Shown piece after piece: positions 1 to 8,669 of a stretch of DNA of 63,614 nucleotides. Positions within the stretch are counted from its first letter, which is position 1; every line of letters starts with the position of its first letter. Origin of the DNA: Betaproteobacteria bacterium (GTDB lineage: Bacteria > Pseudomonadota > Gammaproteobacteria > Burkholderiales > SG8-39); NCBI GenBank assembly GCA_032125995.1, contig JAQBBQ010000210.1, forward strand, positions 1-63,614. Reading direction: 5' to 3'. The translations under genes were made by a program, and so were the position numbers. Under the pieces are notes generated by a model. That model was not told where the DNA came from. It did not search any database and worked only from the letters and a program-made list of their open reading frames with translations.

Positions 1-722
<722 letters not shown>

Positions 723-862
723 TAACCGTGAGCAGACACGGCGCCGCATGCGGCGACCGGTCCGGCGCGGAAGCGCGTCTCGACATCCTTAACTTCATCT
801 TCTACGAATCGCGGCTCGTGGCCAGGCGGAAATGTTCGCCGAAGCGACGAGCCCAGTGTCAA

Positions 863-978
863 TCTGGCGGCCATAGCAGCCTGGACCCACGCCTTCCCAT
901 CCCGAACAGGACCGTGAAACGGGTTTGCGCCGATGATAGTGTGCAATTGCGTACGCGAAAGTAGGTTACCGCCAGGCC
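863..978 (+). rRNA. rrf: 5S rRNA
   Basis: TCTGGCGGCCATAGC...CCCATCCCGAAC...GTGAAAC...GCGCCGATGATAGTG...GTAGGTTACCGCCAGGCC. It has 5S length, terminal helix pairing (CTGGCGG/CCGCCAG) and conserved loop strings, about 140 nt after the 23S end. Confidence 0.93.
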
Positions 979-987
979 AACTAAAGA

Positions 988-1024
988 AAAAGCCCGATCC
1001 CGCGAGGGGTCGGGCTTTTTTGTT
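988..1024 (+). terminator. Rho-independent terminator of the rRNA operon
   Basis: AGCCCGATCCC-GCGA-GGGGTCGGGCT stem-loop followed by TTTTTTGTTT, directly after the 5S gene. Confidence 0.85.
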
Positions 1025-1096
1025 TCCCCCGTGGGGCCAATGTCTGGCCCCGGATACTTGATCGATGCTTAGCGTTGCGGTTACTGTCGGTGCGCG

Positions 1097-2419
1097 ATGT
1101 TGAGTCGGGAAGAAAACGAATTCCTCACGCGGACGGGCCCCGGGAGCGCGATGGGCGATCTCCTGCGCCGCTACTGGATCCCCATCCTGCGCACGGACGA
1201 ACTCTCGCCCGGCGGGCGCGTCAAGCGGGTCCAGCTCCTGGGCGAGCGGCTGGTCGCCTACCGAACGCCGGACGGAACGCCCGGCCTGATCGGCGAATTC
1301 TGCCCGCACCGCGGGGCCTCGTTCTACTTCGGCCGGGTCGAAGCCGACGGCATGCGCTGCGTCTACCACGGCTGGAAGTTCGGCCTCGACGGGCAGTGCA
1401 TGGAGACGCCGAACGAACCGCCGGAATCGAATTTCGCCGCCAAGGTGTGCAACACGGCCTACCCCTGCACCGAGGGTGGCGGCGTGATCTGGACCTATAT
1501 GGGTCCGAACGGCGCGCCGGCACTGCCAGCGTTCGAATGGATGGGCCTGCCGAGCGCCCACGTCTTCACCTCCAAGCGCGTCCAGGAGTGCAACTGGTTT
1601 CAGGGCCTCGAGGGCGGCATCGATTCGAGCCATATCTCGTTCCTGCACGCACCGCTCGAACACAGCAATACACAGATCACGAGCGATATGGACCGCGTGA
1701 GCTTCGGGGTTGGCGCGGCGGTCGAAACCGGCGACCGGGCCCCGCACTTTGACGTCATGGACACCGACTATGGTGTCCTGATCGGCGCGCGGCGCACCCA
1801 GGCCGACGGGCAGTGGCACTGGCGTGCCTCGCAGTTCATGCTGCCGTTCTACACCATGCCGCCGACCGGGATCGGCGAGAAGATCGTGCAGTCGCACATG
1901 TGGGTGCCGATGGACGACACGCACGTCGTCAACTGGATGGTCACTTGGCACACCGAGCGCCCACTCACGCAGGAGGAGGTCCGGCTCCACGTTGAAGGCA
2001 AGGGTTCGCACGTCTGCGACTACGCGCCGGCGAGCGCGGAACCCTACGGCGACATCCGCACGGCGGCCAACCGCAGCAATGATTACCACATGGACTGGGA
2101 GGTCCATCGCACGACGATGTTCTGCGGAATACCCGGCTTTGGCGTCCAGGACCAGGCCATCCAGGAGAGCCAGGGCGGCGTCGTTGACCGTTCGCAGGAG
2201 CGTCTTGGCAGCAGCGACACCGCGATCATCCAGGTCCGCAAACGCCTGATGAGCGCGGCGCGCGCCTTGCGCGAGCACGCGGCGACACCGCCGGGGCTCG
2301 ATCCCTCGCCGTTCGTGCTGCGGACCGCGTCCGCCGTGCTGCCGCCCGAAGCTGACTGGGTTGCGGCGATGAAACCGATGATCCACGTCCCGCCTAGCGA
2401 CTCGCGTCGCGTCGCCTGA
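1097..2419 (+). CDS. Rieske [2Fe-2S] non-heme iron oxygenase, alpha subunit (phthalate-family type)
   Basis: Rieske motif CPHRGASFYFGRVEADGMRCVYHGWKF (CxH-x17-CxxH). Mononuclear iron motif NWFQGLEGGIDSSHISFLH. 440 aa. No reductase gene is adjacent. Confidence 0.88.
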   Translation: MLSREENEFLTRTGPGSAMGDLLRRYWIPILRTDELSPGGRVKRVQLLGERLVAYRTPDGTPGLIGEFCPHRGASFYFGRVEADGMRCVYHGWKFGLDGQCMETPNEPPESNFAAKVCNTAYPCTEGGGVIWTYMGPNGAPALPAFEWMGLPSAHVFTSKRVQECNWFQGLEGGIDSSHISFLHAPLEHSNTQITSDMDRVSFGVGAAVETGDRAPHFDVMDTDYGVLIGARRTQADGQWHWRASQFMLPFYTMPPTGIGEKIVQSHMWVPMDDTHVVNWMVTWHTERPLTQEEVRLHVEGKGSHVCDYAPASAEPYGDIRTAANRSNDYHMDWEVHRTTMFCGIPGFGVQDQAIQESQGGVVDRSQERLGSSDTAIIQVRKRLMSAARALREHAATPPGLDPSPFVLRTASAVLPPEADWVAAMKPMIHVPPSDSRRVA

Positions 2420-2439
2420 GGACGCCCGTGCCGGGAAGA

Positions 2440-3201
2440 ATGGCCGGCCGTGTCGCCCTGATTTCCGGCGGTGGGGGTGGAATCGGCGAGGCGACCGGTC
2501 GGTTGTTTGCCGAGGAGGGCGCGGCGGTGTCGCTCGTCGACGTCGATCGCAGCGCGGTCGATACTGCGGCAGCCGGGATTGCCATGCTACCCGGCGCCGC
2601 GACCCTTGCGCTCAGCGCCGATGTCGCGCAGGAAGCGCAAGCGCGGCGTGTGGTCGATGAGACGGTGGCGAAATTTGGCGCGCTGCATTGCCTGGTCAAT
2701 GTCGCCGGGATCCGTGTCTATGCGTCGCTCGCCGATGCCGACGAGGCGGACTGGCAGCGCATTCTCGGGATCAATATTCTCGGTACGGCACATTGCTGTA
2801 AGGCGGCGATTCCATACCTGCGCGAGGCTGGAGGCGGCTCTATTATCAACCTGTCATCGGTTTACGGTGTCATGGGGCGAAGCGGCATGGGGCAGTACGA
2901 CACGACCAAGGCGGCGATCCTCGGCTACACGCGCGCACTTGCGCAGGAGGAGGCGCGGCACGGCATTCGCGTCAACGCGGTTTGCCCAGGGGGAACGATT
3001 ACGCCATACCACGTCCAGCGCGCTGCCGACCAGGGCATTTCGGAGGCAGAGCTGCGCGGTTCGCGCGCTGATGAAAATCTGCTCGGCCGATGGGCCGAGC
3101 CGCGCGAAGTAGCCTATTCGATCCTGTTTCTCTCCTGCACCGAGTCGTCGTTCATCACCGGCGCCACGCTCATGGTCGACGCAGGCCGATCGATCATGTA
3201 G
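2440..3201 (+). CDS. Short-chain dehydrogenase/reductase (SDR)
   Basis: Cofactor motif ISGGGGGIGEA, NVAG, and catalytic S...YDTTKAA. I prefer the ATG at 2440 (MAGRVALISGGG) over the tracked GTG at 2428. The 3' end overlaps the convergent dctM stop by 8 nt. Confidence 0.88.
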   Translation: MAGRVALISGGGGGIGEATGRLFAEEGAAVSLVDVDRSAVDTAAAGIAMLPGAATLALSADVAQEAQARRVVDETVAKFGALHCLVNVAGIRVYASLADADEADWQRILGINILGTAHCCKAAIPYLREAGGGSIINLSSVYGVMGRSGMGQYDTTKAAILGYTRALAQEEARHGIRVNAVCPGGTITPYHVQRAADQGISEAELRGSRADENLLGRWAEPREVAYSILFLSCTESSFITGATLMVDAGRSIM

Positions 3202-4513
3202 CCATGACCATCCGCGGCAACCAGGTAATGATCTCCGGAAATGCGATCAATAAACCGATGGTGATGACGTCGGCGATGAAGAACAGCGCGACGCCACGAA
3301 ACACGTCGCCGAGCGGTATGTCTGGACGCACCCCATTGACGACGAAGCAGTTGAGGCCGATCGGCGGCGTGATCAGACAGACCTCGGCCATTTTTACGAC
3401 GATGATGCCGAACCAGATGCCGTCGAATCCCAACGCGATGATCGCCGGATGCACCACCGGAAGGGTCAGCAACAGCATGCCGATCGCGTCCATGAACATC
3501 CCCAGAATGGTGTAGCCGAGGAGGATACCGAGCAGAATCGCGAGCGGGGGCATGTCGAGGGTGGTGATGAAGGTGGTGAACGCCTCAGGCAGACCCGAGA
3601 AGCCGAGGAAGCGGACGAATACGAGTACGCCCCAGATCAGCGAAAAAATCATGACGGTGAGCTTCGCGGTCTCCATCAGCGCGTCGCGCAGCGTTCTCCA
3701 CTTCATGCCGCGCCACAGCGCCATCACGAAGACGACGAAGGCGCCGAGTGCACCCGACTCGGTCGGCGTCGCCCAGCCAAGATAAACGGCAGAAATGACG
3801 ATCGTGACAACGGTCACGACCGGAAGAACGCCAGGCAGCGCGCGAAGCCGATCAGGCCAGGAATAGCCGCGCACCGACGGCCCGAGCCCAGGCCGCAGCT
3901 TCACCGCGATGATGATGATTGCGACGTAGATCAGCGCCGAGACGAGGCCGGGCAAAAATCCGGCAAGCAGCAATGCACCGACCGACTCCTCGACGATGAT
4001 CGCGTAGATCACGAGGATCGCGCTCGGCGGAATCAGCGTCGCGAGCGTCCCGGCAGCGGCGACGACACCGGCAGCCAATTTGCGGTCATAGCCGTACTTC
4101 AGCATTTCCGGAATCGCGACGCGCGAGAACACGGCGGCAGTGGCCGTACTGGCACCGGACACGGCGGCGAATCCGGCGGTTGCCATCACGGTCGCGACCG
4201 CGAGTCCCCCCGGCAGCCAGCCGAGCCACTTGCGCGCCGCATCGAACAACTGTTGGGTAATTCCCGCGTGATAGGCGAGGAATCCGATCAAGATGAACAT
4301 CGGCAGCACACTGAGCGGGTACGCAACCACCTTGGAGTGGGGAATGGTGCCCACCATGGCGGCGCCCGCATCCCAGCCGATGATCTCGATGAGACCAAGC
4401 ATGCCGACGACCGACGCCGCATACACCACACGCACGCCAGCGAAGATCAGTACCAGCATCAGGATCACGCCGGCGATGCCGACATTGAAGGGGTCTGTGA
4501 TGCCGAGATACAT
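3194..4513 (-). CDS. dctM: TRAP transporter large permease subunit (DctM family)
   Basis: 439-aa polytopic membrane protein of DctM length and composition. It is last in a P-Q-M gene order. Confidence 0.88.
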   Translation of the reverse strand: MYLGITDPFNVGIAGVILMLVLIFAGVRVVYAASVVGMLGLIEIIGWDAGAAMVGTIPHSKVVAYPLSVLPMFILIGFLAYHAGITQQLFDAARKWLGWLPGGLAVATVMATAGFAAVSGASTATAAVFSRVAIPEMLKYGYDRKLAAGVVAAAGTLATLIPPSAILVIYAIIVEESVGALLLAGFLPGLVSALIYVAIIIIAVKLRPGLGPSVRGYSWPDRLRALPGVLPVVTVVTIVISAVYLGWATPTESGALGAFVVFVMALWRGMKWRTLRDALMETAKLTVMIFSLIWGVLVFVRFLGFSGLPEAFTTFITTLDMPPLAILLGILLGYTILGMFMDAIGMLLLTLPVVHPAIIALGFDGIWFGIIVVKMAEVCLITPPIGLNCFVVNGVRPDIPLGDVFRGVALFFIADVITIGLLIAFPEIITWLPRMVMAT

Positions 4514-4526
4514 GCGGCGCCCGCGC

Positions 4527-5174
4527 TCAGCTCTTCGCGTCGCCGTTCAGGGCATCGTCGCCGAGCGCGTCGCGAATCTCCGCGCGCGCCTGTTCGGCAA
4601 CGTCATGGACAACCGGAACCGCGACAGGTTTCGCATCAGGGTCGAGCGTGAGGCGAACGAAACCCGCCAGTTGGACGAGCAAGCGCAACCACAGTACGGC
4701 GAATGCCATTGGTACGAGAAGCTTGGACGGCCAGACCGGGTACTCGGCGTCGATCGTGCTGTCGCCCAGTTGGTAGGCCCGAAGCGCATGCTCCCAGCCG
4801 AACCAGCCCAGGACACTGACGATCAGCAGCGCGACCAGCGTCCCGAGCACTTCGGCGATCCACAGGGTGCGTCCGCTCACATGACTGACGACGAATTCCA
4901 TGCGTATGTGGCCGCCAAGGCGCTGGCAATACGCCACCCCGAGAAAGGCGAAACTTGCCATCGACAATTCGACCAGATCGATGTAGCCGTACATCGGCGC
5001 ATTGACGAACTTGCTGCGCAGCACGATCTGGGCGACGCCGAGCAGCATGAGGCCAAAGATCGCCGCGGCGGAAACCAAGTTGAACGCGTCCTCGACCGGG
5101 GAGAGCCACCGATCCGCGCGGCGCAGGGCGGGGGCGCTCCCCGGTTCGGTCGGGTCCGAAGTCAAGTCTGCCAT
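4527..5174 (-). CDS. dctQ: TRAP transporter small permease subunit (DctQ family)
   Basis: 215-aa protein with four hydrophobic segments, located between the DctP-like and DctM-like genes. It has a charged C-terminal tail. Confidence 0.8.
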   Translation of the reverse strand: MADLTSDPTEPGSAPALRRADRWLSPVEDAFNLVSAAAIFGLMLLGVAQIVLRSKFVNAPMYGYIDLVELSMASFAFLGVAYCQRLGGHIRMEFVVSHVSGRTLWIAEVLGTLVALLIVSVLGWFGWEHALRAYQLGDSTIDAEYPVWPSKLLVPMAFAVLWLRLLVQLAGFVRLTLDPDAKPVAVPVVHDVAEQARAEIRDALGDDALNGDAKS

Positions 5175-5255
5175 CAGGCGTCCTGAGACGTCAGTCGGAT
5201 ATACAGGAAAGCCAGGCGGTCGCCGCGTCGCGACGACCGCCTGATCACTACGGAC

Positions 5256-6314
5256 TTACTGCTTCGCCTCTTTCGCGAGCGTGAACACGGCGTCGAGCAC
5301 GCCCTGCGCGTCGAACTGGTCCTTGTTCTTAGCCACCCATTCGTCCCACACCGGCTTGCCAGCAATCTTGTGAAACCGTTCGAGTTCGGCCTCGGTGTAG
5401 ACGATTTTCTGCATCTTCTTCTCGAACATCGGCAGGTTCTTCTTGTCGGCCGCGTCGTAAACCTTGAAATAGACTGCGTTGACTTCCGGCCTCAGGTCTT
5501 CCAGCAATTTCTTGTACTGCGGCGGCAACTTGTTGTACGAGGTCTTGTTGAACGTAATCGGACACTCGCTGGTGCCGGGAGCGAGGTTGCTCGTATACCA
5601 GCTCGAGATCTCGGGCGTCTTGTAGGATTGATGCGCATAGGTGAACGGCAGCGACACGGCATCCATCGCACCGCGTTGCATCGTCGTGTAGATTTCGACC
5701 GCAGTCACCGTCATTTTGGTCGCACCGAGCTTCTCCATGGCCTCACCAATGCCGCCGCCCGCACGCACGCGCATGCCCTTCCAGTCCTCGAGCTTCAGTG
5801 GCGGCTTGCCTTTGCCCAGAAATTCGTACTGCGGCAGCAGCGTCGACATGTAGGCGATCGCATTCCAGCGGTCCATGTCGGCCTTCAGTGCCGGATGCTC
5901 GAAGAGCTTGTTGCGTACGTACGCCGACACCTTGAAGTCCGCGAGCGGCAGGAAGGGCAGCGAAAACACCATGAACGCCGGGTTCTTGCCGGGGGAATAG
6001 AAGTTGCAGAACGTGCCGGCGTCGAAGGCATTGATCTTCAGTCCGTCAAGGTGCTCCTTGGACTTGGACAGCGTCTCGCCATAGAAGATCTTCATCGTGA
6101 ACTTGCCGCCGGTTTCCTCGGCGAGACGTTTGGCGATGAGCTCCGGCCCCTCGGTGAACGCCCGTCGCTTGCCCCAGGTCGAGAATCTCCAGTTCACTTC
6201 CGGGCCATCGACTTTTGCCTGTGCAATGCTCGTTGCCGCATCCCAGGCCAGCAGCGACAGTGCGGCCGTTGCCACGACTGCCAGTTGTACCGATTGCAGT
6301 GATCGTCGCGTCAT
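5256..6314 (-). CDS. dctP: TRAP transporter substrate-binding protein (DctP family), substrate unknown
   Basis: 352 aa with an N-terminal signal peptide containing RR (MTRRSLQSVQLAVVATAALSLLA...AQA). It is first in the P-Q-M operon. Confidence 0.85.
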   Translation of the reverse strand: MTRRSLQSVQLAVVATAALSLLAWDAATSIAQAKVDGPEVNWRFSTWGKRRAFTEGPELIAKRLAEETGGKFTMKIFYGETLSKSKEHLDGLKINAFDAGTFCNFYSPGKNPAFMVFSLPFLPLADFKVSAYVRNKLFEHPALKADMDRWNAIAYMSTLLPQYEFLGKGKPPLKLEDWKGMRVRAGGGIGEAMEKLGATKMTVTAVEIYTTMQRGAMDAVSLPFTYAHQSYKTPEISSWYTSNLAPGTSECPITFNKTSYNKLPPQYKKLLEDLRPEVNAVYFKVYDAADKKNLPMFEKKMQKIVYTEAELERFHKIAGKPVWDEWVAKNKDQFDAQGVLDAVFTLAKEAKQ

Positions 6315-6353
6315 AACAGTTCCTCCTCGCGGATAGTGACCATCGTCTCCTGA

Positions 6354-6372
6354 AATTCCTCGCTGAGGAATT
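6354..6372. promoter_or_regulatory. Perfect 8-3-8 inverted repeat upstream of dctP (candidate operator or 5'-UTR hairpin)
   Basis: AATTCCTC-GCT-GAGGAATT, located 40-58 nt upstream of the dctP start codon in the dctP/imuA divergent spacer. Confidence 0.4.
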
Positions 6373-6451
6373 CCCCTGACCCATGTTCTACGCTGGCCAA
6401 GACCGTGTCAATTCGGGCTGGCGCAGACGCGGGGCTTGCCAGACTTCCAGA

Positions 6452-6471
6452 TACTGTATAAAAATACAGTA
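6452..6471. promoter_or_regulatory. LexA (SOS) box controlling imuA-imuB-dnaE2
   Basis: TACTGTATAAAAATACAGTA is a perfect 20-bp palindrome fitting CTGT-N8-ACAG, 21 nt upstream of the imuA ATG. It overlaps a possible sigma70 promoter, TTGCCA (6436..6441)-N17-TAAAAA. An AGGAGA RBS lies at 6476..6481. Confidence 0.88.
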
Positions 6472-6491
6472 TTCAAGGAGAGGCAGGCACC

Positions 6492-7196
6492 ATGACCGTT
6501 CTTCCGACCGCGCTCGAGGCTGTCTTGCGGCGGCACCGGATCTGGCGCGGCGGTGCGGCTGCGCCGATGTCCGTAGCGGGACTGTCCACCGGGTTTGCCA
6601 TGCTCGACCGGCAGCTGCCGGGCGGTGGCTGGCCGAACGGGGCGTTGACGGAAATCCTCACATCGGCTGAGGGCGGTGGTGAGCTGCAGCTCCTGCTGCC
6701 GATGCTGACGAGGCTGTCTTCCACGGGACGGCGCATCGTCTGGCTTGCGCCGCCGCACCTCCCGTTTGCACCTGCACTGGTCGCTGCCGGCATCGATTTG
6801 CGCACGCTGGCGATTGTCCGCACGCCGAAGCGCCGCGACGTCCTGTGGGCGGCGGAACAGGTGCTGCGTGCGGGTGCCTGTCATGCGCTGGTCGCCTGGT
6901 GTGGCGATGTCCGCTATGCCGAGCTTCGACGGCTCGCAGTTGCGGCTGAAGCGAGCCGGGTGCTGGTCCTGTTGTTTCGTCCGCAACGCGTCGCACAGGA
7001 GTCGTCCCCGGCCTGCCTGCGCATCGCGCTCGAGCCGACGCAGGAGGGGCTTGATGTGCGCATTCTCAAGTGCCGCGGCCCGCGTGCAGGGGCACCGTTG
7101 CGTTTGCCTATCAATCGGCCTGTCCATGATTTGGATTGCTCTTCGTTTCCCGCAGCTCACGCTCGAGACCGTGTCGCGCAGCCATGCCCCGCATGA
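6492..7196 (+). CDS. imuA: Translesion-synthesis accessory protein ImuA (RecA/SulA-like)
   Basis: It is first in the LexA-boxed cassette. The string LPGGGWPNGALTEILTSAEGGGELQLLLPML is typical of ImuA. 234 aa. The tail overlaps imuB out of frame. Confidence 0.85.
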   Translation: MTVLPTALEAVLRRHRIWRGGAAAPMSVAGLSTGFAMLDRQLPGGGWPNGALTEILTSAEGGGELQLLLPMLTRLSSTGRRIVWLAPPHLPFAPALVAAGIDLRTLAIVRTPKRRDVLWAAEQVLRAGACHALVAWCGDVRYAELRRLAVAAEASRVLVLLFRPQRVAQESSPACLRIALEPTQEGLDVRILKCRGPRAGAPLRLPINRPVHDLDCSSFPAAHARDRVAQPCPA

Positions 7197-8565
7197 GCGG
7201 CGCAGCCTGCCTTGGGCGATTGTGGAAGATCGTCGGGTGCTCGCCTGCGATGCGCAGGCCGAGACGCTAGGCCTGCACGCCGGAATGGGGCTTGCTGCGG
7301 CGTGGGCACTCGCCCCGCGCCTGCAGGTACGCGAGCGGGACTCAGACGCCGAGTGCGCGGCGCTCGAAGGGATTGCCGCCTGGCTTTGCCGGTTTACGCC
7401 CGCGGTTTCGCTGGAACGCCCGCATGGCGTGCTGGCGGAAGTGCATGGCAGCCTGCGTCACTTCGGCGGTCTCCAGGCGCTCGTTTTGCAGATTCGTGAG
7501 GGTATTGCGGCGCTCGGATTCAGCGCACGTCTGGCGGTTGCGCCGAGTGCACAAGGGGCATGGCTGCTGACCTTTGGGGCGACGACGCCATTATTTGAGG
7601 ATTTCTCCGTTCTCAGGGATGCCCTCGCGCATTTGCCCGTCGAGGCCGTTTGCACGACAGACGAGGGCCGCGCGCTGCTGAACCGTATCGGGATCACGAC
7701 CGTGCGACAGCTTCTCCGACTGCCGCGCGCGGGTGTGACGCGGCGCTTCGGGCCGGCGCTTCTCGAACGCCTCGACCGCGCACTGGGGATGCAACCTGAT
7801 CCGCGCTGCTTTTTCGCCCCGCCCGAGCGCTTCGCAGCGGCGCTCGAACTGCCGGCCGAGGTCGAGCATGCCGAAGGCGTGCTGTTCGCCGCGCGCCGTC
7901 TGCTCCTACAGCTCGAGGGGCTGCTGACCGCACGCCAGTCGGGGGTACGGCAATTTCTCGTCATGCTCGAGCATCGAGGCCTGCCACCGACCCGGATCGA
8001 AGTGGGGCTGGCGTCCCCGGGACGTGAAGCCGGGCGTTTTGGTGAGCTTTTGCGCGAACGACTTGTCGGGCACAGGCTTGCCGCCCCCGTCGAGGCAATT
8101 CGCATCGAGGCGGACGCGTTTATCCCGTTCGAGGGCATGACCCTAGGGTTGTTCGGCGATGCACGCGAGGAGACGGAGGCGTGGGCACGGCTCGTCGAGC
8201 GCTTGCAGGCCCGGCTCGGCCAGGACGCCGTGTACGGCCTTGGTCTGAATGCGGACCACCGTCCTGAGCGCGCGTGGCGGCGGCTCGCGCCCGACGCAGC
8301 AAAACAGGGCCGAGAAGAAAATCTGTTCGGTCCGCGGCCGCTGTGGCTTGTCGAGCCGCCTCGATCGCTCGACGAGCGGGGCGGCGTTCCCCAGCAGAAC
8401 GGACCGCTCGCCCTGCTCGCGGGGCCCGAACGCATCGAATCCGGCTGGTGGGACGGCGCGCTGATCAGGCGCGACTATTTCATCGCCTGTGCGGCAGGTA
8501 CGACCTTGTTGTGGATCTATCGCGAACCGGGCGGCGGGTGGTATCTGCACGGGATCTTCGCTTGA
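7126..8565 (+). CDS. imuB: ImuB, catalytically inactive Y-family polymerase-like protein
   Basis: An ImuB-type N-terminus, MIWIALRFPQLTLETVS, starts at the ATG at 7126. The tracked ORF beginning at 6745 is an upstream open extension. It sits between imuA and dnaE2. Confidence 0.85.
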   Translation: MIWIALRFPQLTLETVSRSHAPHERRSLPWAIVEDRRVLACDAQAETLGLHAGMGLAAAWALAPRLQVRERDSDAECAALEGIAAWLCRFTPAVSLERPHGVLAEVHGSLRHFGGLQALVLQIREGIAALGFSARLAVAPSAQGAWLLTFGATTPLFEDFSVLRDALAHLPVEAVCTTDEGRALLNRIGITTVRQLLRLPRAGVTRRFGPALLERLDRALGMQPDPRCFFAPPERFAAALELPAEVEHAEGVLFAARRLLLQLEGLLTARQSGVRQFLVMLEHRGLPPTRIEVGLASPGREAGRFGELLRERLVGHRLAAPVEAIRIEADAFIPFEGMTLGLFGDAREETEAWARLVERLQARLGQDAVYGLGLNADHRPERAWRRLAPDAAKQGREENLFGPRPLWLVEPPRSLDERGGVPQQNGPLALLAGPERIESGWWDGALIRRDYFIACAAGTTLLWIYREPGGGWYLHGIFA

Positions 8566-8593
8566 GCGCAGCGTCGGCGCGTGGCGTAAGCGT

Positions 8594-8611
8594 TGTAAAC
8601 GCTGTAAACGC
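8594..8611. repeat. Perfect tandem 9-mer x2 (TGTAAACGC) in the imuB-dnaE2 spacer
   Basis: TGTAAACGCTGTAAACGC is read directly. Confidence 0.9.
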
Positions 8612-8630
8612 CGTTTTGTGATTTTGCGAA

Positions 8631-8648
8631 CTTGATCGACTTGATCGA
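8631..8648. repeat. Perfect tandem 9-mer x2 (CTTGATCGA) in the imuB-dnaE2 spacer
   Basis: CTTGATCGACTTGATCGA is read directly, 22 nt upstream of the dnaE2 ATG. Confidence 0.9.
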
Positions 8649-8669
8649 CCGCAGAAAGCAATCGCGACC

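Noticed and set aside
3449-4651. 400-aa ORF antisense to dctM, and similar long antisense ORFs: 7458..8435, 9966..11069, 12935..13954, 34824..35933, 52258..53586, 56136..57041 and 62912..63601
   Set aside because: Each is antisense to a CDS with clear family motifs. Each translates to a highly charged, Arg/His/Asp-rich sequence without motifs. These are an artefact of stop-poor antisense frames at high GC.
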